A stretch of DNA of 63,985 nucleotides, the filler included, from Stramenopiles sp. TOSAG23-3 (lineage: Eukaryota), in the NCBI GenBank assembly GCA_900128585.1. It is 3 parts of 3 records of this genome, joined end to end, with 100 filler letters (N's around TTAATTAATTAA, not from the genome) between each part and the next. Parts side by side here need not be neighbours in the genome. Positions count along the whole stretch, not along the records: positions 1 to 22,006 come from LT642344.1; 2 more parts are not named here. One strand, 5' to 3'. Below are positions 1 to 9,383 of this stretch, piece after piece. A program made the translations under genes and the position numbers. The notes beneath the pieces are model-generated. The model worked only from the letters and a program-made list of their open reading frames with translations. It was not told the DNA's origin and made no database searches. Position 1 is the first letter of the stretch. Every line of letters begins with the position of its first letter.

Positions 1-74
1 TTACTTTTTATTAGCTTTTTTTAGAGAAAATGAAAATATTTTGTGTGTTCTTTTAAATTACAACCCCTGACAAT

Positions 75-1547
75 TTATACGAGACCCGATTGGCGATCCA
101 TGTACTCTGCGTAACTCACACGACCAATGCTGGAATCTGGCGCGTCCACCGGCTTCATCGGTACTGCCATGGGCAGCGGTGCCGTTTGGGTTGTCTCGGC
201 CTGTTCTTCGGTGTTCATCAGTGCGATGAGCAAATGGCGGAGCTCGGTTACGCTTTGGTCTTCTGTCGTCATAATACCTTCGCTTTCGATAAGGGACCGC
301 AAATCGTCGGCTTCCAGAAGGTGAATTTGATCGTACACTTTTTCTTCCTCCATGGCCAAAGCTTCCTCGGCAGCCTCAAATTCCGCGTCCTGGGCAGCCT
401 GAAATTCTGCGTCTTGGAAATTTTCTACGTCTTGGAAATCGTTGTATCGCTCCGCAGGTTCCTCAAAGAATGCCTCCGCTTCTTCCCTTTCTGCCTTTTC
501 TTTATCGATATGCACTTGGACGGAAATGGATTTCGAGGGCGACTGCGGGGCGCTTAATTCGGTTGCTGGAACGGTCGTCGTGCGCTCGGCAAGGAATTCC
601 ATCATGTTCTGCCCTTGGTTCTGCTGGTCGCGTATGCGCAAAATATCGTTCTGCATCGCCATCAGTGCCTCTTGTACACTCTGGCGCTCCTCTTGTTCCT
701 GTGCGAATCGAATTTCGTGTTCAGAAAGAACGGAACACACGCTGCTGGTTGCAAGCACAAGGCTCTCGACGTAGGAAACTATATTTTCTTGTTTTCCAAG
801 CTCGCCTGCGTCAAACTTGCACCATTCTTGCGAGCGACCGCTCAGTCGGCGGAGCTTGTCGAACTGCCCTTGCAACTCAAAGAAAGCTTGCTCCAGTCGG
901 TTCATATCGACATTTTTCAAATGCATTGATTGTTGCTTTGCCCTGGACTCCGCCTTTGCAATTGCAGCCGCAGCTTTCTTAGAGGCAGACCGTTCGATGC
1001 GAGAGCGTTCCCAGGCCTGGTTTGTTTGAGAAAGGGAAGAGTGGTGGGAGGTGACGCGGGACACTGGATCCTCGTCAGACGGACTTGGTGCTTGAGCACT
1101 GGGGGACTTCAACAGGGAGGCGCGGGTGGGCGTTTTGGTGTTCCTCCCCGAAGGGACCCAAGCAACGTTGCCTTTGGAGTCACGAACCATGGGTGTCTGG
1201 GACGGCGACGCAGCATTCGCGCTCATCATATCCGGGCGGGCGACAGCCTTTTTTCTTTTCGATGCAGGTCCAGAGTTTACCGGGGTCCGCCTGCTCTGCT
1301 TCCTGCGCATGACCTCCTCGGGAGAAAGCTTGTACTTGGACAAGTCACTTTGCGTGGCATCCCAGGCTTTGACAGTTGATTTGTTGAAGATCATTTTCGT
1401 ACTTCTCCTCGCCGTAGCGGGAGATGGACCGTCGAAGCGGACGACACGCGGCGTTCTCAGATTGAAGGGGCCTTTGTTCGACGGGATAGTGCCGGAACTG
1501 TGGTACCCTCCCACGTTTCCGTACTGTACGCGATTTCTGGAGTGCAT
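75..1547 (-). CDS. SPICE1-like (spindle and centriole-associated) coiled-coil protein
   Basis: Long ORF with first ATG at 1547. The motif VKAWDATQSDLSKYKLSPEEVMRRK resembles the conserved SPICE1 N-terminal WD-T--DL---K-tPE----R motif. Central coiled coil and acidic tail follow. Confidence 0.55.
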   Translation of the reverse strand: MHSRNRVQYGNVGGYHSSGTIPSNKGPFNLRTPRVVRFDGPSPATARRSTKMIFNKSTVKAWDATQSDLSKYKLSPEEVMRRKQSRRTPVNSGPASKRKKAVARPDMMSANAASPSQTPMVRDSKGNVAWVPSGRNTKTPTRASLLKSPSAQAPSPSDEDPVSRVTSHHSSLSQTNQAWERSRIERSASKKAAAAIAKAESRAKQQSMHLKNVDMNRLEQAFFELQGQFDKLRRLSGRSQEWCKFDAGELGKQENIVSYVESLVLATSSVCSVLSEHEIRFAQEQEERQSVQEALMAMQNDILRIRDQQNQGQNMMEFLAERTTTVPATELSAPQSPSKSISVQVHIDKEKAEREEAEAFFEEPAERYNDFQDVENFQDAEFQAAQDAEFEAAEEALAMEEEKVYDQIHLLEADDLRSLIESEGIMTTEDQSVTELRHLLIALMNTEEQAETTQTAPLPMAVPMKPVDAPDSSIGRVSYAEYMDRQSGLV

Positions 1548-2981
1548 CGTTGCTTTTTTTCTAGGCAATGGTAACAAACGCGTGCAATATCTTGTGCTTG
1601 GGTGATTTTAACTTGACGTCCTGCTTTGAATTATCAATCGGAGGAAAGGGCTCTTATTCTGTTGAATTCTATCTGAAAAAAACTTTAAATATGTCCTGGT
1701 GAAGTTAATTGGGTGCGTATATCGCTTGAACTTATTTCGAACCTAAGTCGAGTCGTCAAGGAATAAGAATTGAGAATTCGAAATAGGAGGAGGAGGAGGA
1801 TGATAGATATTTTATCGACAACAACAATATTATTATTTTTAATTTCCTAATAAGTACAGGCCATAATTAAGGATATGTATATATAGGAATAACGGTAGGA
1901 GACATTTCAGAATAATAAAGTCATTGTAGATATACGGATTTAAATGATTTATTATAAATGATATTCATAATAACTAAATAGAACAAAACAAATGATAAAA
2001 AGTATACCTATTTATATATACACAGCATATATATTATTTATATACATATATATCCTATATATCCTTAATCGTTGCTTAGAGATAGCGGATGATCGATGAA
2101 TCCAATGAAAGACAACGAAGAAGAAGAGTAATTATTGGGTTCCCGCAAAAAAAAAAAAAATAATTCAAATTTGGATATACGAATAGCATTGAAATTATTT
2201 CAAAAAACTTTTTTGTAGCAGAGCACAGCAGAGGATGATGAAAATAGATGCATTCCCCCTATCTGTTTAATAGTGCCATTTATATGTTATTTTATTCATT
2301 GTATTTTGTTATATTTTCTAATAATAAAAAAAGGGGTTTTTTATCAACAAAACTACTCGTACTTAAAAATACAAGCGGTCGATTCTCCGGCGTCATACGA
2401 GTACCGCACACACACCACACCGTACGGAACCAGGAAGAAATACCGATTCTTCCCAGTTCGTTCTTCAGAAATAGAGAAAGAGAGAAAGAGCTTGTTTTTC
2501 ATTTGCCATCCTCCTGCCATCCGTTATAGTAGTTATGCCAGGTCCAGAGTCATTGTCAATGCATTCCTCGTAATCATCTTTTGTGCGCTGCTGCTGGATG
2601 CAATTTCAATTATGCAGCACGAATAATAACCCGTAATATATATACGAGGAATTAACATAATAATGTAAACTGATAGATGATGATACTCATTTTTTTTTAA
2701 TTAATTAATAATAGTCGGTCTAGCTATAAAAAAAAAATAGAGTAACTTTAACAAATCATGGAAAAAAGAAGAAGAATTTTAACGATCATTTTATTTCATC
2801 GTTCTTTCAGTGTTCAACTTTTCCCCCTCCGAAAAGACACTCTCTGGACTCGCCTACGCATTTAAACATTTTTTCTGCTGCCACCAACCTAATTTTAAAT
2901 CTGAATCTCCTTGGAACGCAAGGGCTCCGTGACTATAAAGCAATGATAATCGGTCAACGCATCCCGTAACAGAAACTCGAA

Positions 2982-5900
2982 ATGGACTCCTCCAAAATGT
3001 TTTCTAGGAACGATAAAGATTTAGACATCCGATCGAGGTGCGAAAGGTTGCTGGTCAGCATCGAAAACGCGCTGGATTTGACAAACGTGAAGGACAATCA
3101 TGGACAAACTGAGCCTTTCATACTCATCAAGGAGGCGAGAAAGATTTCTAAAGATATGGGAAAGTTCAGGGGCATGCTGCTGGCGTGCCTGGGGGAGTAC
3201 GAGCGTTGGCTACACGCGTCAATTTCGGACTTTAGAGAACACCTTCAGCCACCAAAAATTCGGCAGAACGCCAGGGATGCAGAAAGCATGATGTTTCATC
3301 GCAACCGAGAGCCCCTTCCCTTTCCGCCAAAATCAAAAAAAAGGATCCCCTACGTCCCTCCGTCCAGGGCGAGCGCGAGCGCGAGCGCGAAGGGTGGAAG
3401 GCATGACCGTTTCTCAAAAAGGCAGGCCAACAAACCGTCTAGGATCCCAAAGGACCACTATGTACATTTAGATCATGTGGTGCTTCCGCCTGATAACCAC
3501 AAATACCCTGCCCGGTTCGTCTCCGAAAGGGGAACTTGGGAGCAACTAATATTTCCGGCAAGTCACCCGTATTGGACCCGTGATACCGTCCTTCTGGACG
3601 ATTGGTACTCGAAGCAGGCAAAGGAGTTGCACCCGGGTGAACGAGGGCCCTTGAGCATAGAAGAGGAAATAGAAACCTTGCTTCCCCTTATCGACTTGAC
3701 CCTCCACGAGTTCTCCAGACAGTTCTCGGCCGAGGAAAGAAGCGTTGGCGACTTTGTGTCTGAGCTGTGGCAGTCTCTCGTCGCCATTATGTCGGTAATG
3801 ATGAAAGAGACGGAGTCGCTAGAGGAGCGCCACGAAACGCTCTGCAACCGATTGATGACGGAACGCCGGGATTTAACGGAGTCCATCCGAAAGGCGAACG
3901 AGGAACTTCAGCATGCAAAAACGTGCACTTTAAATTTAAAAAGTGATACGGACGTTCTCGATAGAGCCCTTGTTGCTCGTAAAAAGCAGTACGAAAAGAC
4001 GATTTTCAAACATCGGCAAATCGCGGAAAGGGTTGGCAAAGTGATCCGGCTTGCCCAGCTGATGGAAGACGCAGAATTTACAAAGGCGTACAAAGACAAG
4101 AAAAGGATGGAGAGGCTCGAAGGCGTTCCAGAGATGATGGACCGGTTGTCCGACATTTTGGTAGACCACAGGATGTCCTTCAGCAATGTAAAGAGTGAAA
4201 CGGGTGACGATTCAAACCTGGGAGATTTGGTAAACACTTCGTGGTACAAAGAGGCTGGCGCGGCTGCTGAGCAACACAGCAATGATGGGGAAGGGATAAA
4301 ACTGCACAATGGAAACACGGAGCAGTCCGAATCAAAAGAACAAGAACATGTAAAAAAAAAGGCTTTCTCCTCCGTATTAAGAACCTCTGGCGGGAAAAGA
4401 ACGTCCGAGAAATTTGGTAGCCTGACTGGGAAAGTGGGCTCGAAGATTCTCGTAGACGTGGACGCGATAAGCGCGAAAATCAAGTCCCTGAGAGCAACGC
4501 TAAACGAAAATATTGTTCGAAGTCAACTTAATTTTCGATCCTCGTGCTCTACGCAAACGGACATGCTCCATGAAATTAACGCAGCGGGCCTCGATGAAAC
4601 GGTAGCGAACTCGGGGGAAAGAGCAGTGTACTCCTCTCCTGCAGCAGCACTTCCGTTTGTTCGCATGCTTCCGCCAGATTTTGTTCCTGAATTATACAAC
4701 GATACCAAGATCAGAATATTGTTGAACTACGTTTCCACCGAGTACACCAGGTACATTTTGTCGCAGTATCGAATGGAGGCACAATGTAAAGGGGGGACTT
4801 CTCAGGACGGAGTCGGGGTCTCAACTGAAAGTAGCTTGCAGCAGCGGCAAAGCCCTTTGCTCGAGTACAGCTACGATCTGTTCTTAGACTCCGAAGAAGT
4901 GCCTTCGATTGCCCAAGTTACTTTTGCAAATTTTGTGTACACAATACAGTGCCTCAGCAGCTCGAACATTGAGTGCTCTATATTTGGGCGACTTGCAAAC
5001 CTGCTGGACGACAAGCAGACGTTGCCACAGGAAGCAATTAACTTAGCATTTCTGTCCAGAGATTTCCTGTGCGCCAAGGTCATTGATATCCAAGGCCAAT
5101 CGTATTGTACCGTGGGAATAGCAAAGGAACTTGTTCATATAGTAAAGCCAAAAGGGGTTAGCAATAATTTGAAAATGCTGGAAAGTATTTCCGTTTCCTC
5201 GTACCAAAACTCTGAGGAAACCGAGAGAGAGGAAACAAACGATGACACTGACGAGAGAAAGGAAACAAACGACGACACTGACGAGAGAGAGGAGACCGGG
5301 GGAGATAATTTCGCCCACGGTAGCACGGAAGATGTTGACACAAGGCTGGTGTCGACAGCAGGTGTGATGCAAATGGTGATTAAAATTTGGGAGTCACACC
5401 GCAGAATGACACAGAAACGCATAGAACAAACATTTTTTGATCACAGTGGCGACGACCAGAATATAGAAGGTGCGTCGTTGGAATCTTTTTCAAAAATAGC
5501 ACTTTCGCTTCAGCCTTCGTGCAACCCCGAAACGCTGCAAATTATGTTTCACGAGGTGGTAAGAGCGAGCAAAGACCTGGAGAAGGAGCCAAGAGCGATT
5601 CCTCAGAAGCAAAATTCTCATTCTGCCAAGTCGAGGGCCCAACCTGAATCTACCGGAGAAGGCAAAAGAATCAACATTCACTGCTTTGTTAACGTTTGTT
5701 TCAAACATCGAATAGTTGGGAGAACATACAAATTCCTCAAAGCGAATATTGAAGAAGCAGACGCCTCCGCGTTGATGAGCTCTGCGCCGACCGAAAGATC
5801 GCTGGAAAAAGAAGTGCTGGAACGAGTGAAACTCATGTGGAACGAGAACTCAACGTCCATAAAACAGTTGGTGTCTTTATCCAATGTCACTCTTAATGAA

Positions 5901-6011
5901 AAGATAGAACACCTTGAGGCACTTTTGGACGTGAAGATGGATAGCGAATCTGCCGCAGCCCTCTACGAGGAAATTCTCAGACACGTACAAGAAGTGGAGA
6001 TAGAAAGTTGA
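2982..6011 (+). CDS. Large coiled-coil protein with an axonemal dynein light-chain-like (AXDND1/p28-type) segment
   Basis: 1009-aa ORF. TRDTVLLDDWY...LTLHEFSRQFSAEERSVGDFVSELW resembles the Ax_dynein_light motif and is followed by a coiled coil. The CDS is solid; the product call is tentative. Confidence 0.45.
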   Translation: MDSSKMFSRNDKDLDIRSRCERLLVSIENALDLTNVKDNHGQTEPFILIKEARKISKDMGKFRGMLLACLGEYERWLHASISDFREHLQPPKIRQNARDAESMMFHRNREPLPFPPKSKKRIPYVPPSRASASASAKGGRHDRFSKRQANKPSRIPKDHYVHLDHVVLPPDNHKYPARFVSERGTWEQLIFPASHPYWTRDTVLLDDWYSKQAKELHPGERGPLSIEEEIETLLPLIDLTLHEFSRQFSAEERSVGDFVSELWQSLVAIMSVMMKETESLEERHETLCNRLMTERRDLTESIRKANEELQHAKTCTLNLKSDTDVLDRALVARKKQYEKTIFKHRQIAERVGKVIRLAQLMEDAEFTKAYKDKKRMERLEGVPEMMDRLSDILVDHRMSFSNVKSETGDDSNLGDLVNTSWYKEAGAAAEQHSNDGEGIKLHNGNTEQSESKEQEHVKKKAFSSVLRTSGGKRTSEKFGSLTGKVGSKILVDVDAISAKIKSLRATLNENIVRSQLNFRSSCSTQTDMLHEINAAGLDETVANSGERAVYSSPAAALPFVRMLPPDFVPELYNDTKIRILLNYVSTEYTRYILSQYRMEAQCKGGTSQDGVGVSTESSLQQRQSPLLEYSYDLFLDSEEVPSIAQVTFANFVYTIQCLSSSNIECSIFGRLANLLDDKQTLPQEAINLAFLSRDFLCAKVIDIQGQSYCTVGIAKELVHIVKPKGVSNNLKMLESISVSSYQNSEETEREETNDDTDERKETNDDTDEREETGGDNFAHGSTEDVDTRLVSTAGVMQMVIKIWESHRRMTQKRIEQTFFDHSGDDQNIEGASLESFSKIALSLQPSCNPETLQIMFHEVVRASKDLEKEPRAIPQKQNSHSAKSRAQPESTGEGKRINIHCFVNVCFKHRIVGRTYKFLKANIEEADASALMSSAPTERSLEKEVLERVKLMWNENSTSIKQLVSLSNVTLNEKIEHLEALLDVKMDSESAAALYEEILRHVQEVEIES
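5221..5296 (+). repeat. In-frame 30-bp tandem repeat (~2.5 copies) encoding E-R-[EK]-E-T-N-D-D-T-D
   Basis: cgagagagaggaaacaaacgatgacactga / cgagagaaaggaaacaaacgacgacactga / cgagagagaggagac. Confidence 0.9.
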
Positions 6012-6172
6012 AGGGGAAAAAATTTAACAGCTGCGACAAATTAATAATGTGTGTGCACCACTTTGGTTGATAAAATATTGTTCGTGTGGTTCTCAGGGAA
6101 AGTGAGTACAGCTTACGTTTGTAAATTTGAAACACTTCTACAGTGCAAAACTTTTTGTGTCCGCTTCCCTTT

Positions 6173-7006
6173 TCAAACCGCTTCTTCTTCAATATTCAGT
6201 CCCTCCACCCAGTCCAATAGCTCGTCGACTTCCATTTCAAGAGTTTCGCTGTCGTCGAGATTGCTCCGAGAGTTTCTGCCTTCGTGGAGGCTTTTATTCG
6301 GGCTGTGTTCGCTACCAACCTTTTCAGGGCTGTGCCCTACGGCGCTCGTTGGGTTTAATCTGTACCCAACGGGTCTCTTGTTGTCGAGTTCGCGAATGTC
6401 ATTCTGCAAAGCACCCGTAAAGGGCGAGCTTGTCTTCACTCCACCATGAACATAATTTGATTCTATTTGTGTTGATCTTATCGGCGAAATGTTGCCGTGG
6501 GGTGTCGACACGACGGACAGGATTGGCACTCCTTTTTCACCGTAGTATCGCTGGTTCATGGGGCTCGGAATAAGGACTTTCTCGTCTTCCACTTCTTCGA
6601 TGTTGATGCTGAGGCGGCGGTTCTCTTTGGCGTATCCTGCGTGGGCGAAGAAGGCAGAAGTAGGGGACTCTTTGGACGCCCTGGACAAACCGTAAAGTTT
6701 TCTAAGTTTTTCCATTCTCTTTGTCCGCTGTTCCGCCCGATGCACCGCCGCTGGTTTCGTGCGTTTCGCTCTCGCTGCCTTTTCCCTTTCATATTCGGCA
6801 AAAATTTCGTCTTCGTGCAAATCTAGCCACTCCTTGTCATCTCTCAACGTTGTAGCAACGGCCACCCAATTGCGCTGATATAAATCGTAGTTCAAATACT
6901 GTCTATCGGTAGAAACCACTTCTTCCCCTGGGATTAAAGGCTCTTCGTCCCATATTGGGATCTCTTCCACGCTCATTCTTTGGTGTATCTCCGGGACCAG
7001 AAACAT
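6173..7006 (-). CDS. Hypothetical protein with C11orf65/MFI-like motifs
   Basis: 277-aa ORF (ATG at 7006 or 6976). Motifs LNYDLYQRNWVAVATT and EVDELLDWVEGLN recall the C11orf65 C-terminal EVDE-LNW---L-FD-Y---W---AT signature. Confidence 0.45.
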   Translation of the reverse strand: MFLVPEIHQRMSVEEIPIWDEEPLIPGEEVVSTDRQYLNYDLYQRNWVAVATTLRDDKEWLDLHEDEIFAEYEREKAARAKRTKPAAVHRAEQRTKRMEKLRKLYGLSRASKESPTSAFFAHAGYAKENRRLSINIEEVEDEKVLIPSPMNQRYYGEKGVPILSVVSTPHGNISPIRSTQIESNYVHGGVKTSSPFTGALQNDIRELDNKRPVGYRLNPTSAVGHSPEKVGSEHSPNKSLHEGRNSRSNLDDSETLEMEVDELLDWVEGLNIEEEAV

Positions 7007-7459
7007 ATACTAGGTCAACGGCATTGTTTTGTCTTCAAGCACGCCGCCCTTCAAGACAAACTGTGAATTCACACCAAACAAACTATTCGTACTTCCTTTT
7101 AAATTCTCTATATTCAGCCAGTTTATTTTCAAGGAGCATGTAAATGATTTTAATTCTACGTCAATGGGGGGGGGTAATGAATTTATAGAAATACATGAAA
7201 GGAATTGGAAATCAACAATTCAAAAATCAAAAAGGCGGAAGAAGAAGAAGGAAAAAAAAAGTTCAGGCGCGGCGTGTGTAACGTGTAACGTTTATTTTTC
7301 TTTCTTCTTCTTTTTTTTAAATAATAAATAAATGGTGTTAAAATAAGGGTTAGTGGTCGGCTGTGAAAGAGTCCGGCGTGTGCCTCCATTTTGATTTCAA
7401 AAACAACGAGGTGCTGTATGTTATTTTTTTAACTGATCGAATCTTTGTGTACCTTTTCT

Positions 7460-8545
7460 TCACTTCCCACAAGTCAATATTGAAGGTTTCATCTTATTCC
7501 ATGACAATTGTTTTTCCTGCACGACTTTCCCGTTTATAGTGCTTACCCCAACGACGTACCAGTCTTTTTCATTAAGTGGTGATGTTGGAAGTTCGTCTCC
7601 GACACGCCAGCAAATAGCAGTATCCTTCTCAACGCACTGAAGAAGTGAATGGTGCACCGGGGGTTTCTGTTTCAAAACTTGCACGACAAAATAGAAGACC
7701 CCATGGTTGTCTACGAACGATACCCCGCTCATAATATTGGCGTATGTTTGAGGCAATTCTGCTCTAACGCGAAGGGCGGGGTTTGAGCCAAACTTATCCA
7801 TTACAAAAATACAGCGCTTGCTCCCATTTGGGCACCAGCCGATCGTAAACAAGTTCCCACTGGTAGGATCAAAATGCATAAGAACCGAGGTGCCAATGTC
7901 CGGTACAATATCCAGAACGGTTGATGTCGGTATATCGTAGCGCTTCAAAAACAATTTCGGTCGAATGATTCCAACTACGCTTTCTGTAGAATTCGACACA
8001 TCGTAAGCTACCTGAAGCCAATGCTGGTGACGCCGTACATCGAACGCCGAGCATCCTCGTTTCAGTCGAACCCCACCTGGATACTGCAGGATGTCGCTGT
8101 ACGAAAGTTTCCCATCCATTACGCTGGCTTCCAACATGTGAATAAATTGAATTTCATCTGGTCCAACAATTGATAACCGTCCTCTCGAGGTGTTTGCATA
8201 GTCCATGTAATAATCCAGGCCTTCGGAAAATTCTTCTTTGGAACTCTGCTTGTAGAACGGAAGCAGGGAGGACGAGACCTGCCTCTTTCCTGAAACGTCA
8301 TACTGCCGCAACTCGACTCCTTCCGAAGCACGATTCAAATAAAACAAAAATTCACCGCTTGCCCCACCCCTTGCGCAAGATATCCCCAACGTTGCATTTT
8401 TCTCTGTGGCAACACTGTCCACCATTCCGCTGGACAAGTCCAACTGGAAAATACCTCCACTGGCTAAGCCAGCAATTAGAAGTGGTGTCGTCGCGCCAGC
8501 AAGACTGCAGGTACAACATAAGATTAATAATATCAAGATGTTCAT
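7460..8545 (-). CDS. Secreted hypothetical protein, possibly beta-propeller
   Basis: 361-aa ORF with hydrophobic N-terminal signal peptide (MNILILLILCCTCSLAG) and a beta-strand-rich body (AFDVRRHQHW, HFDPTSGNLFTIG). Confidence 0.65.
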   Translation of the reverse strand: MNILILLILCCTCSLAGATTPLLIAGLASGGIFQLDLSSGMVDSVATEKNATLGISCARGGASGEFLFYLNRASEGVELRQYDVSGKRQVSSSLLPFYKQSSKEEFSEGLDYYMDYANTSRGRLSIVGPDEIQFIHMLEASVMDGKLSYSDILQYPGGVRLKRGCSAFDVRRHQHWLQVAYDVSNSTESVVGIIRPKLFLKRYDIPTSTVLDIVPDIGTSVLMHFDPTSGNLFTIGWCPNGSKRCIFVMDKFGSNPALRVRAELPQTYANIMSGVSFVDNHGVFYFVVQVLKQKPPVHHSLLQCVEKDTAICWRVGDELPTSPLNEKDWYVVGVSTINGKVVQEKQLSWNKMKPSILTCGK

Positions 8546-9383
8546 GCTCGGGGTTTAAAAGATGAAACATATATTGACTGTTAAAAAGTTGTTGATGTTT
8601 CGAGATTGAGAGATGTTGAGGGGGGGTTGCTTTTTGTTTTCTTGTACTGTATCATATCACTACATATTGGAGATCGATTAGAAGGATTATTGGATCTTCT
8701 AATAATCGGCTGGCTTTTCGTTCTTCCCAATACCAAGGTACTTGGTACCCCGGTACCGGTATATTATGGGGACTTTATTATTTTACCTATTTATATATGT
8801 ATTCTAATAAAACAAATAAGTAAGAGAAACCAATTATCTAGTAGAAGGATTCTGCAATTCTTCTTCTTCCCTATTAGTATATATAAGCTTATTTATATAA
8901 TAGTATAAAAACCTGGTTATTAATTAATATTACTACAGTATAAAATTAAAAAATATTTTTTTCACCGTTATTAGTTATTCGGTTCGTTCTTTTTCCGGCC
9001 GTACCTGGTACGTACCGTACCAGTAAAATACCGGGTACAGGTAGTACCCAACCCAATTATTGTACCGGTACCGGTACGGTAGGTAGCAAGTGACAGAAGA
9101 GGAGGAAGAGGTGGTATTCGACTCGGTACGACGTACTATAAATACCGGTAAGGCAAATGAAATTCAAAGAAAAAGAAAAACAAACAAAAATTCACAAAAA
9201 ATGGTGGTAATATATATAATATATATACAAGAGAAACAAAAAGAGTAAAGATTAAATATGTTTCAAAAGAATACGTTAGTTAATAATTTTGTCCATCGGA
9301 AACGTTTACGAGTGTCAACAATAATTTTTAAAAGTTGCAACGTCTGAAATGAAGGGAAGGTAGTTGAAGCGTTGCAGCAGCAC

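Noticed and set aside
2248-2626. Short ORFs in the spacer between the first two genes
   Set aside because: Low-complexity, AT-rich translations without homology cues.
9258-9383. Upstream in-frame ATG with possible TGA readthrough into the WD40-PPR ORF
   Set aside because: The upstream segment is AT-rich and unlike coding sequence, and TGA is used as a normal stop by other genes here.
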